Below, one piece after another: positions 1-11,109 of a DNA stretch of 64,000 nucleotides. Every line of letters begins with the position of its first letter. Position 1 is the first letter of the stretch. The stretch is from Octopus vulgaris (lineage: Eukaryota), in assembly GCA_951406725.2 (NCBI GenBank), contig OX597823.1, positions 37,262,001 to 37,326,000 on the forward strand, given 5' to 3'. The notes under the pieces are model-generated. The model saw nothing but the letters and a program-made list of their open reading frames with translations. It was not told the origin of the DNA and made no database searches. The position numbers and the translations under genes are program-made.

Positions 1-235
1 GTTATGCGACACTGGTGTAGATTACTGCTGTGAACTCACTTTATTTGCCGGGTCTTCTCAGTCACAGCATACCTCCAGAGGTCTCAGTTTTTTGTCATTG
101 CCTCTGTGAGGCCCAACGTTCGAAGGTCATGCTTCACAACCTCATTCCATGTCTTCCTGGGTCTCCCTCTCTCCCAGATTCCTTCCACTGTTTGGGAGTG
201 GCACTTCTTCACACAGCTTCACAGCTCTACACAAC
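1..235 (-). mobile_element. RTE-clade LINE, 3' end fragment
   Basis: Minus strand reads TVEGIWERGRPRKTWNEVVKHDLRTLGLTEAMTK.*DLWRYAV, the typical RTE ORF C-terminus (GRPRKTW...W). Confidence 0.75.
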
Positions 236-269
236 GAAATGGCAATTATCGATAGCATCAAAACAGAAG

Positions 270-1913
270 AAATATGCGATGTCAGCCATAGATGAAATGA
301 GCTCAAAGTCAGCAACAGGCTCTGATGGATTCCCAGCAATCCACCTAAAGAAATGCAAAGGGGCTCTAGCAAGACCACTTCAGATTCTCTTCCAGAGCTT
401 CCTCACAACTGGGAGACTTCCCAAAAAGTTAAAGGAAAGCATAATAAGGGAGGTAGCAGCGCAGATGCTAGAAATTATAGACCTGTCTCTCTAGCTTTTC
501 ATGTCAGCAAAGACATGGAGCGCATTGTCGGGAAGAAACTAATTGCGTTCCTTGAAGATAATGACTTGCTTCCTGACACCTAGCATGGTTTTCGCTCAGC
601 AAGAAACTGCCTTACACAGCTTTTGCAACACTTTGACTGGGTGTTGAAATAATTAATGAATCACTCAAGCGTGGATGTGATAAATCTTGACTTTGCAAAG
701 GCCCTTGATAAGGTTGATCATGGAATGGTATGTCACGAACTACGGAGACTCGGCATAACTGGGAAAGTTGGAGAGTGGTTGCATGACTTCTTAAAAGACA
801 GAATCCAGGTTGTAACAGCCAACGGAGCCCTTTCCACGGAGACAGCAATAGAAAGTGGAATGCCCCAGGGAACTGTATTAGGACTGCTGATGTTACATAG
901 ACAGTTAGACAGACAGTCACACTTACTAGCTATGCCAACGACACAAAAGTAGTACAATCAGTCAAGGAACCTTCTGATGCTAATCTTCTACAGAAAGACC
1001 TAGATGCCATACATAAATGGGCTGAGGACAACATGCAATTTAATACAGGCAAATTCCAAGCCCTCCGCTACCAGCTAACTTGTGCTCAGAAGTCACAACA
1101 ACGATACGCTGGACCAAAAGGAACGGCAATCCTAGAATTACATACGATGCGTGATCTTGGGAATGATATGAGCAACGATGCCTCGTTTCACATACATATC
1201 ACCAAGATGGTGGCAGTGTGCAGGCGAATGTCCAGATGGATTCTGAGAACCTTCAGAACAAGAGACCAGGAAACTATGCTGGTCCTATGAATGACGCTTT
1301 TCCTGAGCCGTCTGGACTAGTGCTCTCAACTCTGGCCAACTTACTGTATAGGATTAATAGCAGAACTTAAGGCGGTTCAGCGATGCTACACGAGGAAGAT
1401 TGCATCAATGGAACAGCTGAGCTACTGGGAGAGACTGAAAGAGCTACAACTCTACTCCCTGGAGCGAAGATGGGAGAGGTATGGAGTGATATATGTGTGG
1501 AAGATACTGGAGGGGCTGACACCTCATTTTAGAATTGAGAGTTATACCAGACCTTGAATTGGACGTCACTGCACTGTTCCAAAAGTTCCAGCTGTCTCAT
1601 CTAAGGCGAGAACCATGTACTGCAATAGCTTGGGATTCAAGGGCCCGCAGCTATTCAGCGTCTTGCCAAAGCATCTGAGGGATCTCCATGGAATGGGGGT
1701 AGATGTTTTCAAGAAGCAACTTAACCTCTTACTATCCACGATCCCAGATGAACCAATATTAAGACAGGAAGCTAATAAGAGGGTCGTGGTTTTGAACTCC
1801 CGCCTTCACCAAAAGCCAATCACATAGAATTGGTCAATTAAAAGGTGTTTACATTGGCAGTGCCTCATCATGCCACAGCCTCAGAGATAAAACATATAAA
1901 AGAATAAAAGAAT
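270..1913 (+). mobile_element. CR1-group LINE, decayed ORF2 (RT + C-terminus) and 3' tail
   Basis: Frameshifted/stop-interrupted motifs: NYRPVSL, HGFRS, LDFAKALDKVDH, GMPQGTVLG, YAND (YADD-like), MQFNTGKF, LSYWERLKELQLYSLE; A-rich tail at about 1855-1913. Confidence 0.9.
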
Positions 1914-2660
<747 letters not shown>

Positions 2661-3656
2661 TTGCTCATACAAATATTTATACACGTGAATTTAATTGCTT
2701 ATTTGTTGCAATATTGTTTAACACCATCTCTTTAAAACTTCTTGTTTCGTATAATTTAAAGATCACCACTCCAGTCACATCGTAGAGAAAAAGGATGTGA
2801 GGGGGAAAAAGTCTAACTATAATAAAAGCAACAAACCATTACTGTTATCTGGATCAAGTTAAATGTTTAGTTTTTACGGTTGGAATTGTTTACGAAACAA
2901 AATTACTAAGTGATGACAAATCGTCACTGCTTGCCGACTTATTTTCATTTCATTCGAAACTCTATTGGTTAGTGTCTTAAAGTAGAAGCATGATTCTGCC
3001 TGTAAGTATTTTATTTGTAGGTGGAATCATACACTTTTAATATGGATCTGAACATCGTAGCCCCTTTTAATTTTTTCTTTAAATCTGAATTCTTTAACTT
3101 AAGTTGTAATGGAATAGCAGAAACTGTTGAAAGCTTTCTTCATAATTTAGTCAGAAATGGAGTGGATACCTCACGAGGAAAAGGTGGCGTACAAATAAAT
3201 AGTAACAATGGGCCACAAATGGAGAAATTATTGCATCAGATAACTTCAAACTAGATATTCCACTAATGACACCATAGTACCAGGTAGTGGTATCTATCGG
3301 GTAAGAGTTTAAATCTGCCATCTCAAATTAGGATTGTTCTACGTCAGTCATCTGTGCTTTTCATCCGTTTGGAATACCAGATATGTTCTGAGGTTAATTC
3401 AGTTATTTAATCGACTATCTTCCTTCCTTTTAACTGTATAGTTTCGTTACTAGCAAGTAAGACACCATTTTGGGCTGCATTGGTTTAACCATGGTAGAAT
3501 TTTGTCAGTGAGCGTCATTGTAGAAACGGTTCTTGTTTACCATTATCTCAGTTCATTCTCCCTTCAAAGCTTTTCACGTCATTTATGTCACTTAAGTTCT
3601 TCGAAAAGGTATGCATATCGCAATTTCCCATTTTCCAGGATGGTAATTGTGAAAGA

Positions 3657-3716
3657 GTGTATGTATGTATGTATGTATGTATGTATGTATGTATGTATGT
3701 ATGTATGTATGTACGT
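3657..3716. repeat. (TATG)n microsatellite
   Basis: Seen directly. Confidence 0.95.
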
Positions 3717-4060
3717 ACGCACAAAGATATGTGTGTGAGTGTCTGTACTGTAAAAGGATTGCCAGCTTATGTTATTCTTGTATACTGAGATTTGTGATAA
3801 CAATTTACTTTTTTACTGTCTTCGTTTATAAACGTCCCCTTGATAAATGATCTGGAAGCATTTTTAAATGGCTCTCAATATTCTCGTTGTAGATACACTT
3901 TACAACAGCGTTGTATATATTCAAACATAATAAATACTTACATAGGGCATACATAGATATATATAAAAAAAACATACATAAATGCATACATATAAAACTC
4001 GAGGTAAACAATTGAAACCGGATTAAATTATAATAGCTATAATACTTAAATATATTTACA

Positions 4061-4316
4061 CTGTTGGCAGGTAACATGCTGCAGTTTTCGTCCGTGATAA
4101 AATCTCTTATAGATGAGCGGAGAATAACGAAAACTCGCCCCAGTTGCGGCTAGCACATGTTGCTGCAAGTACGTCATTGATAAGACCCATCAAAGCCGAA
4201 ATGCCTCTGGCGATCACGCTAACCGGAGCCAGGATAATTATGTATTGTTTTCAACACAGCGTATCTATAAGAGATTTTATCTCGGGTGAAAACTGCGGCA
4301 TCTTACTGTCAACAGC
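4061..4316. mobile_element. MITE-like element with ~55-bp imperfect terminal inverted repeats
   Basis: Left end ctgttggcaggtaacatgctgcagttttcgtccgtgataaaatctcttatagat versus reverse complement of right end ctgttgacagtaagatgccgcagttttcacccgagataaaatctcttatagat; non-coding interior. Confidence 0.7.
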
Positions 4317-4492
4317 ATATATATACATTACAGTATGATGCATAGATGGCTACACATGTGCGTGTGTGTGTGCGCGCGCGTTAGAATATATGTATGCATA
4401 TATATAAATTATATATATATATATATGCATATATATATATACATAAATACATATATATAAATAGATAGTTATATGTATATATATACAGATTA

Positions 4493-4530
<38 letters not shown>

Positions 4531-4533
4531 TAC

Positions 4534-4573
<40 letters not shown>

Positions 4574-4577
<4 letters not shown>

Positions 4578-4773
4578 CATAAGGGACATCAGCCATCTGA
4601 ATGTGGCTAGGGACAGGGCAGGGCGGTGGGGGTGTTACTGATGCATTTAGCCCCAGGCGATCATCAACGTCACCACACCCCCCACCGCCCTGCCCTGTCC
4701 CTAGCCACATTCAGATGGCTGATGTCCCTTATGTTATGGAGCAGTTACTGTTTATACCTCGTTTAGAGAATTA

Positions 4774-4780
<7 letters not shown>
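4574..4780. repeat. Fold-back insert in (TA)n: ~62-bp near-perfect inverted arms plus one-sided extension
   Basis: 4574-4635 is the reverse complement of 4675-4737 with one indel; 39-nt spacer; unique tail continues to about 4780. Confidence 0.9.
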
Positions 4781-4837
<57 letters not shown>

Positions 4838-4876
4838 GAAAGAAGGTTTGAAAATGCAATTTTAAAATATGTTTAT

Positions 4877-4921
4877 TTACTTTACCGGTTTCACTCTTTG
4901 GAAAAAGATTGTCAAAAGTAA
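4877..4921 (-). ncRNA. Degenerate minimal type I hammerhead ribozyme motif
   Basis: Minus strand: tactt TTGACAA tcttt-ttcc-aaaga gt GAAA ccgg TA aagta. All three stems pair; core has two substitutions versus CTGACGA. Confidence 0.5.
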
Positions 4922-4985
4922 CATGTAGAAGTTTGGTTGCGTTAATTATTGGTTGTTATAAAATGCTACATTACATATATACAAT

Positions 4986-5389
4986 CTTTGGTAACAAGGA
5001 CATGTTAAGGACATGTTAAGGACATAAAAATGTTTAACAAGTTCCTTAAAATATTGGGCACAAAAGATTACAGCATAAATAATCATTCTCAAGAACATGT
5101 TAAAGATAGTTTCCAGAAAGAATTATTAAAAAGTTCAGTGGGATATTGGTATTGTATATGTATATTCAAACACGCACGGAATATTGGTTGACACAGGGTA
5201 CTACAATACATATATATATATACATTCTTTGGTGACAAGAGCATGTTAAGAACATAAAAAGGTTTAACAAGTTCATTGAAATATTGGGCACAAAAGATTA
5301 CAACAAATATATTATACATTCTCAAGATAATTTCCAGAAGGAATTATTAAAAAATTCAGTGGAATATTGGTATACACGCACAGAATATT
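4986..5389. repeat. Diverged tandem duplication (units about 4986-5186 and 5228-5389)
   Basis: Shared colinear blocks: ctttggt.acaag, catgttaag.acataaaaa, aatattgggcacaaaagattaca, ttccagaa.gaattattaaaaa, cacgcac.gaatatt. Confidence 0.85.
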
Positions 5390-5578
5390 ATGAGTTCAAA
5401 AAGGTTTACATTATAATAGTAGGGAAGCTAAAACTGACCTGTCCACCATGTTAACGTAAAAGAATATTATCTATTTCAGTCTCCCTTGAAATAGATAATA
5501 TTCTTTTACGTTAACATGGTGGAAAGGTCAGTTTTAGCTTCCTTACTATTATAATGTAAATCTTTTGAACTCATAATA
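5386..5578. repeat. Long hairpin, ~93-bp arms, 8-nt loop
   Basis: 5386-5478 is the reverse complement of 5487-5578 with a few mismatches; loop gtctccct. Confidence 0.92.
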
Positions 5579-5685
5579 AATGGTTCAACGTTGGTTCTAT
5601 GTCCGCGTGTGTACATAAGAATTTTTTGCGTGATAAGATAAAAAAACCAAGGCTGTATAGATATGAGAGCATTTATAGATAAAAG

Positions 5686-5736
5686 GTCTTACAGCTGTTT
5701 CTAGGATATTAATTAATAATATCCCTCGTCGGAGAC
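5686..5736 (-). ncRNA. Minimal type I hammerhead ribozyme motif (CCGACGA core variant)
   Basis: Minus strand: gtct CCGACGA gggatatt-attaatt-aatatcct a GAAA cagctg TA agac; stem I gtct/agac, palindromic stem III ACAGCTGT, GUA triplet. Confidence 0.65.
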
Positions 5737-5813
5737 GGTGTGAGAGGAAAAATTAAGTCATAGTTAGTATTTGTATCACATCGAAAATAACTATAACTTA
5801 ATCCTCTCACACC

Positions 5814-5865
5814 GTCTCCGATTAAGGGATATTATTAATTAATATCCTAGAAACAGCTGTAAGAT
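5814..5865 (+). ncRNA. Degenerate hammerhead motif, inverted sister of 5686-5736
   Basis: gtct CCGATTA agggatatt...aatatcct a GAAA cagctg TA agat; core position G8 is mutated. Confidence 0.5.
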
Positions 5866-5933
5866 CTTCTATTTATGAATGTTCCAATATCAATACAGCC
5901 TTGGCTTTTTTTATCTTATTACGCAAAAAATTC

Positions 5934-6019
<86 letters not shown>

Positions 6020-6289
6020 GCATATATATATAATATATGCATATATATATATATATATATATATATGCATATATAATTTATATATATATGCATACATGCA
6101 TGCTCACGCGCGCACACACACACGCACATGTGTAGCCATCTATGCATCATACTGTAATGTATATATACTGTTGACAGTAAGATGCCGCAGTTTTCACCCG
6201 AGATAAATATAATGTATGTATATATAATTCTTATATATATATATAATTCTTATATATATATATATAATTCTTATATATACAGTACGTCA

Positions 6290-6497
6290 CACATATGGTT
6301 GTAACTTTCTTCGAAGATTCATATTGTCGTTCGATGCTCGAAATGAGGAGTAGATAGACAGCCGACAACTGATGAAGTGTCGTTCTTTATGTTACTTGTC
6401 CTGTCTTCCATTTGTTTCTCTCATTGTTTGGGATTGTACTCTTTTGTTTTCGTATTTCGTGTTGTTTACTGTTTGTGACATCCTGTACCCATATATG

Positions 6498-6500
<3 letters not shown>
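6290..6500 (+). mobile_element. Short dispersed repeat, related copy at about 10700-10925 (minus)
   Basis: Both copies share gagtagat...actga.gaag...tgtta.ttgtcctgt...tcctgtacccatatatgcat and end in microsatellite. Confidence 0.6.
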
Positions 6501-6582
<82 letters not shown>

Positions 6583-6587
<5 letters not shown>

Positions 6588-6824
6588 AGACGAAAAATTA
6601 TATGGCAGAATGCTAAATTGAAAGTAATTTTTTATAAGAATGGGTGTATGGAAAATTTTAAAAATAATAATTAAAAAAATAATTTTAAAAATATAGTATT
6701 TTTTTAATCTTCCATACACCCATTCTTATTAAAATTTACTTTCAATTTTGCATTCTGCCTTATTATAATTTTTCCTCTCCTATCCTTTCTCCAGGTGCGG
6801 TCAACACAACCCCATCATTTATTG

Positions 6825-6828
<4 letters not shown>
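6583..6828. repeat. Fold-back insert in (TA)n: ~70-bp inverted arms plus one-sided extension
   Basis: 6583-6653 is the reverse complement of 6710-6783 with a few mismatches; tail cctttctccaggtgcggtcaacac... then (TA)n. Confidence 0.88.
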
Positions 6829-6882
<54 letters not shown>

Positions 6883-6947
6883 GCATATATATATATATTA
6901 TTTATATTATTATTTGAGTGAACGCCACGCATCCATTTCCAAGTAAG

Positions 6948-6989
<42 letters not shown>

Positions 6990-6991
6990 AT

Positions 6992-7038
<47 letters not shown>

Positions 7039-7552
7039 AAAAAAAAGAGAGAGAAAATGAGAGAGAAGAGGAAGAGGGGGGAGAGAGAGCATATATAGTT
7101 ATATATAAACTTACATAAATGCATACTTTCTTACAAACATACACACACGAAACATAATCAGCAGCTGCTCTAAAATGTTATGTAGCTATTACGTATGAAG
7201 CATGCTGTTCTTGGTAAAACAATACACAAGACAAACCGTTGGAACCCCTACCTTGGGATAAATATCAGGAATATTATCAACATTGAGTACATTTACACAT
7301 TGGAACAGAAGTAATCTTAGTGGAACATTCCAATGAAAATCTCCGCCAAATGCGAACACCACATGCGCAACAAAAGAAAACAGAAATACTGTAGAGGCCT
7401 GTTACTCAGTAGGTGTGAAGATTTCATTGAAAACCAGCGAGAAAGAGAACAGTTTCACAATCTACAAATTCCTTTGAAAGACTATAAATTGCCATTTGTT
7501 CCCGCAATCGCTGGCTCACGTAAATATCTTACCGAATGAGTAAAAAGTTGTG

Positions 7553-7641
7553 ATTCTTGTTCAGTCACCGAAGTTAAGCAACGTCTAGCCTAGTTAGTAC
7601 TTTGATGGGTTAGCGTTTGGGAATCCTAGATGCTATAAACA
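7553..7641 (+). pseudogene. 5S rRNA pseudogene, 5'-truncated and diverged
   Basis: ttcttgttcagtcaccgaagttaagcaacgtctagcctagttagtactttgatgggttagcgtttgggaatcctagatgctataaac matches the animal 5S pattern (CCGAAGTTAAGC, GTTAGTACTTGGATGGG, TGGGAA); short T run follows. Confidence 0.85.
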
Positions 7642-7656
7642 TCTTTTCTTTGTAAA

Positions 7657-7950
7657 GGCGTAGGCATACTGTGTGTTTAAGAAGCTTGATTTACAACCAC
7701 GTGATTTTGGGTTCAGTCCCACTGCTCGGTATCTTTGACTAATGTTTTCTACAATAGCCAGAGCCGATCAAAGCTTTAAGATGTGCTTTGTGTTCTCGTA
7801 ACTTAGCAATTCGGCAAAAAAAGAAAACCGGTAGAATAAGTACTACATTTTTTTTAATTACTGGGGTAAATTTGTTCGTCTAAAATGCTTCAAAGCTTGC
7901 TCTAGTATGGGCGCAATTCATAGACTGGAACACTTAAACAATAAAAGATT
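7657..7950 (+). mobile_element. tRNA-derived SINE (ggcgtagg... family) with CR1-like tail
   Basis: tRNA-like head with B-box-like gggttcagtccc; second copy at about 28895-29045; 3' end resembles the CR1 LINE tail. Confidence 0.7.
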
Positions 7951-8243
7951 TCAAGATTTAAGAAAATAAATTATCAAATACATATGGGTGAAAATTCAAT
8001 ATTTAAGAACAATTAAAATATGTGAGACTTTTCTAAAGTTTGGTATGCACCTCTTTATTGTAGATGTTGATGTCTACTCCGCAGATGGTGAGGACAGTGA
8101 GTTTCATAGTTAGAATATGATTCTTTTGTATATGAGGAATCTAAAGAGTCCGAAAAGTCTTTCATGTGTACACATATTCACACGTGTTTGTGTGTACGTG
8201 TGTGTATAGACACAGGTAAAAATATATAGGCTATATGCTAAAA

Positions 8244-8464
8244 GGCGACGAGGTGGCAGAATCGTTAGCGCGTCGCAGAAAATGCTTAGCGGCATTTCGT
8301 CCGTTTTTACACTCTAAGTTCGAATGCTACCGGGATCGACTTTGCTTTTCATCCTATGGGGTCGATAAAATAAGTATTAGTTGAACACTGTAGCCGATGT
8401 AATCGACTTACTTTCCACCCCCAGCCCCGAAACTGCTTGCCTTGTGCTAAAATTTGAAACCAAA
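8244..8464 (+). mobile_element. tRNA-derived SINE (ggcgagctggcagaa... family)
   Basis: ggcgacgaggtggcagaatcgttagc...gttcgaat...gatcgactttgcttttcatcc...ggggtcgataaaataagta; many related copies in this window. Confidence 0.85.
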
Positions 8465-8737
8465 TATTTCAATATGCTAAACATAATTTTTGTTTTTATC
8501 CTTTTAATGGTTTCAGTCGTAGGACTACAGTTGTACTGGAGCACGACCCTAATTTATTTTCTTTTATCTTTGTTGTCGCTTTATAGGTGGAAGTTGGTCT
8601 ATGATTGAGTTTGCAGTGACTGATCTTCTCTGAATGAATCTTTGAATGGTTGGCTGGTCTGATATAGTCGTTAAGAGTTTATATGTTGTTTGTTTTTATG
8701 TTTCACACCAGCCAAGCATTAGAAACAATTCTTCACC

Positions 8738-8770
<33 letters not shown>

Positions 8771-8814
8771 CTTCTCTCTCTCTCCCTCTCTCTCTCTTTC
8801 TCTTTCGTTAGGTC

Positions 8815-8995
8815 ATCGGATACTGTTTCAGTCATTAGACTGTGACCATGCTGAAGCACCGCATTTAGGAATTATTCTTTGTAAGCCTAGTACTTATTCT
8901 ATCGGTCTCTTTAGCCGAACCGCTAAAGTATTGGGATGTAAACACACCATCATCGGTTGTGATGGTGGAAGGCAAACACAGACACACAAATACAC
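8815..8995 (-). mobile_element. SINE 3' portion with CR1-like tail
   Basis: Minus strand: ...accgatagaataagtactaggcttacaaagaataa...gcggtgcttcagcatggtcacagtctaatgactgaaac. Confidence 0.65.
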
Positions 8996-9034
8996 ACACA
9001 CACACACGCGCGCGCATACACACATATGTGCATA

Positions 9035-9470
9035 ATTAGTCACAATGAGGATATTCAAACCTCTTATGAGGATATTTATCCAAGATAAACTGATTTAATA
9101 TATTAAATTTTGGAGAGAAAATCTTTCAATGGATATCATATTATATAGAATATCGTAAGATATTAGACATTTTTATTGAGTTAGAAAACAGAGATCTAAT
9201 GGTTATAAATTAATATATTAATTAATCAACATATTAACCAATAATTGCTTCATTTCTCAAATAAGATTAAATTACAAATCATATATAAATATCTACTTTC
9301 GCATTTTAATTACCTTATAAAGAAAATCGTCACGGTCTTCAGAGGACAATCAGGATTACATTAGGATACTTTTGGAATATACAGAATATATAAACATGTT
9401 TACTATGCGCGTATGTATGTCTGTGTACGCATGCATAAAATTATTCTTTTTATTTCAGTTTAATACTAGT
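9035..9470 (+). repeat. AT-rich dispersed repeat; opposite-orientation relative at about 12900-13310
   Basis: Shared tagtcacaatgaggatatt.aaacctcttat...tatccaagat and ttggaata..cagaatatata.acatgtttat.atg.gcgtatgtatgt. Confidence 0.65.
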
Positions 9471-9481
9471 AATATTAACAT

Positions 9482-9993
9482 GAAAGATCGCTCAATGCAG
9501 AACGGTTCCGAAAAGAAACAGTTCACCCGAACTATCGATTCGATGTTACTATATAAAGCGGTGATTCAGCCACGGAAGGTCGGGCCGAAACTAGCCGTCG
9601 CAAGGACCGACGCCAGATACTAATGGACAACCTTATCGAACGCTTTTAATTGGTCTAAATGGACCATAGCCCCATCCTTGCCAGGAATTCTATTTACACT
9701 CTCTAAAGCATAGCGGAGAAAGTGAAACGTCCTGTCAAGGATGGCACATGTTTATGCCTCCCCGACAAGTCTACTCACGACTCGCGGCAACCATTTTGCT
9801 AAAGCCTTGTCCAAAATTTTCAACTCTGCGTTAAGCAGAGTTGTGGGCCTAAAATTATCAACTACGTCTCCCTTGTTTGAGTTCTTTCTTAGCAGCATCA
9901 CAACCCCCCCCAGGTCACAGGCAAGGGAATCCTCCCATTCTGCTGCCAGTTGGTATAGACGCATGCAAGTAGGTGCCCAAACAAGTCTGGTAT
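9482..9993 (-). mobile_element. Tx1/L1-clade LINE RT fragment
   Basis: [58 protein letters not shown]. Confidence 0.85.
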
Positions 9994-10100
9994 ACATATA
10001 CATATATATATATATACATATATGTATATATATATGTAATATATACATATATACATATATATATATATGCACACACACACACATATATATATATATGCAT

Positions 10101-10160
<60 letters not shown>

Positions 10161-10166
<6 letters not shown>

Positions 10167-10480
10167 AAATCCGTTCTGCCTGTGTGTCTTCTAGGATCTC
10201 GGGCATCCTCCATTCGATTGCGCGCTCGAATTTGATATGTAGATACCGACGGTATCAGGGCGTGTATAAGTCTTGAAAAGATTACAAAAATCGATTCCAG
10301 GTGAAAATGCGATCGATAAAGCCGTGGGAATATGCATTTGTACGCGAAAGTACATCAGTTGAAATCCGTCTTTCGCTGGTGTCTCAAATTTAGGTTAAAT
10401 CAGTGTTTCTCAAAGGAGAAAATTTCTTATGAATTAACCCCGAAATTGGACCAATAGAAATTTCTATCGGGTTGTTTCGA
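10161..10480 (+). mobile_element. Possible 5' part of a non-autonomous Helitron
   Basis: Start tataaaatccgttctgcctgtgtgtc resembles the 5' ends of the Helitrons at 12066 and 12581; no 3' CTAG found. Confidence 0.35.
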
Positions 10481-10489
10481 GATGCATAA

Positions 10490-10662
10490 ATTATAATGGT
10501 AATTGACAATTTTTGTCTTTTTTTCGGCATATTTGGCATTAGAATTTTTCTTTTGCCCTTATCTTGTAAATTATTTATAAACTTAACCTTTAAAGGTATT
10601 TTTTGATATGCTGGCCATTGATAAAAATTTTTTCCCGAAAAAAATTTTATCCTACATTAGTT
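10490..10662 (+). repeat. Short repeat ending in (TA)n; same family as 53801-54013
   Basis: Shared ttaacctttaaaggtatttttt.atatgctggccattgata...ttatccta.attag. Confidence 0.75.
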
Positions 10663-11109
10663 ATATATATATATATAATAAATTAATAAATTAAACATAT
10701 GCATATATACATACATATATGTACGTACCTGCCTCTACATGTATATATACATGCATATATGGGTACAGGACACCAAAAAAACGTCGAACACAATGAGAAA
10801 CGAAAACATAAACACAAAACCAAGGGACTGGACATTTTTCTTAAACAACGAAAAAATAGAGTACAGGACAAATAACACAAGGAAAATTCCCCTTCTTCAG
10901 TCGCCAAGGTTTCATCTACTCTATATATGTACAGACACGACAAGTAAATAGACACCCTTATAATCATTAAAATTTACTTAAATCTGAAATTATACATTCA
11001 AATTATTTATTAATTATTATAATGTGAATATCTAATATTAGTAGACTCAATTTCACATTTTTCGATGCAGGACCCTATTAGGCATGATATTATTCAGATG
11101 ACAAAATTT

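Larger units (their letters stand above)
5618..5934. mobile_element. Inverted pair of Penelope-like pseudo-LTR fragments, each with a hammerhead motif
   Basis: ~150-bp imperfect inverted arms; both carry gtct CCGAnnA ...ggatatt...aatatcct a GAAA cagctg TA aga; right arm runs into (TA)n. Confidence 0.65.

Noticed and set aside
3021-3254. 77-aa ORF after an acceptor-like site
   Set aside because: No recognisable domain or partner exon; kept only as a weak exon candidate.
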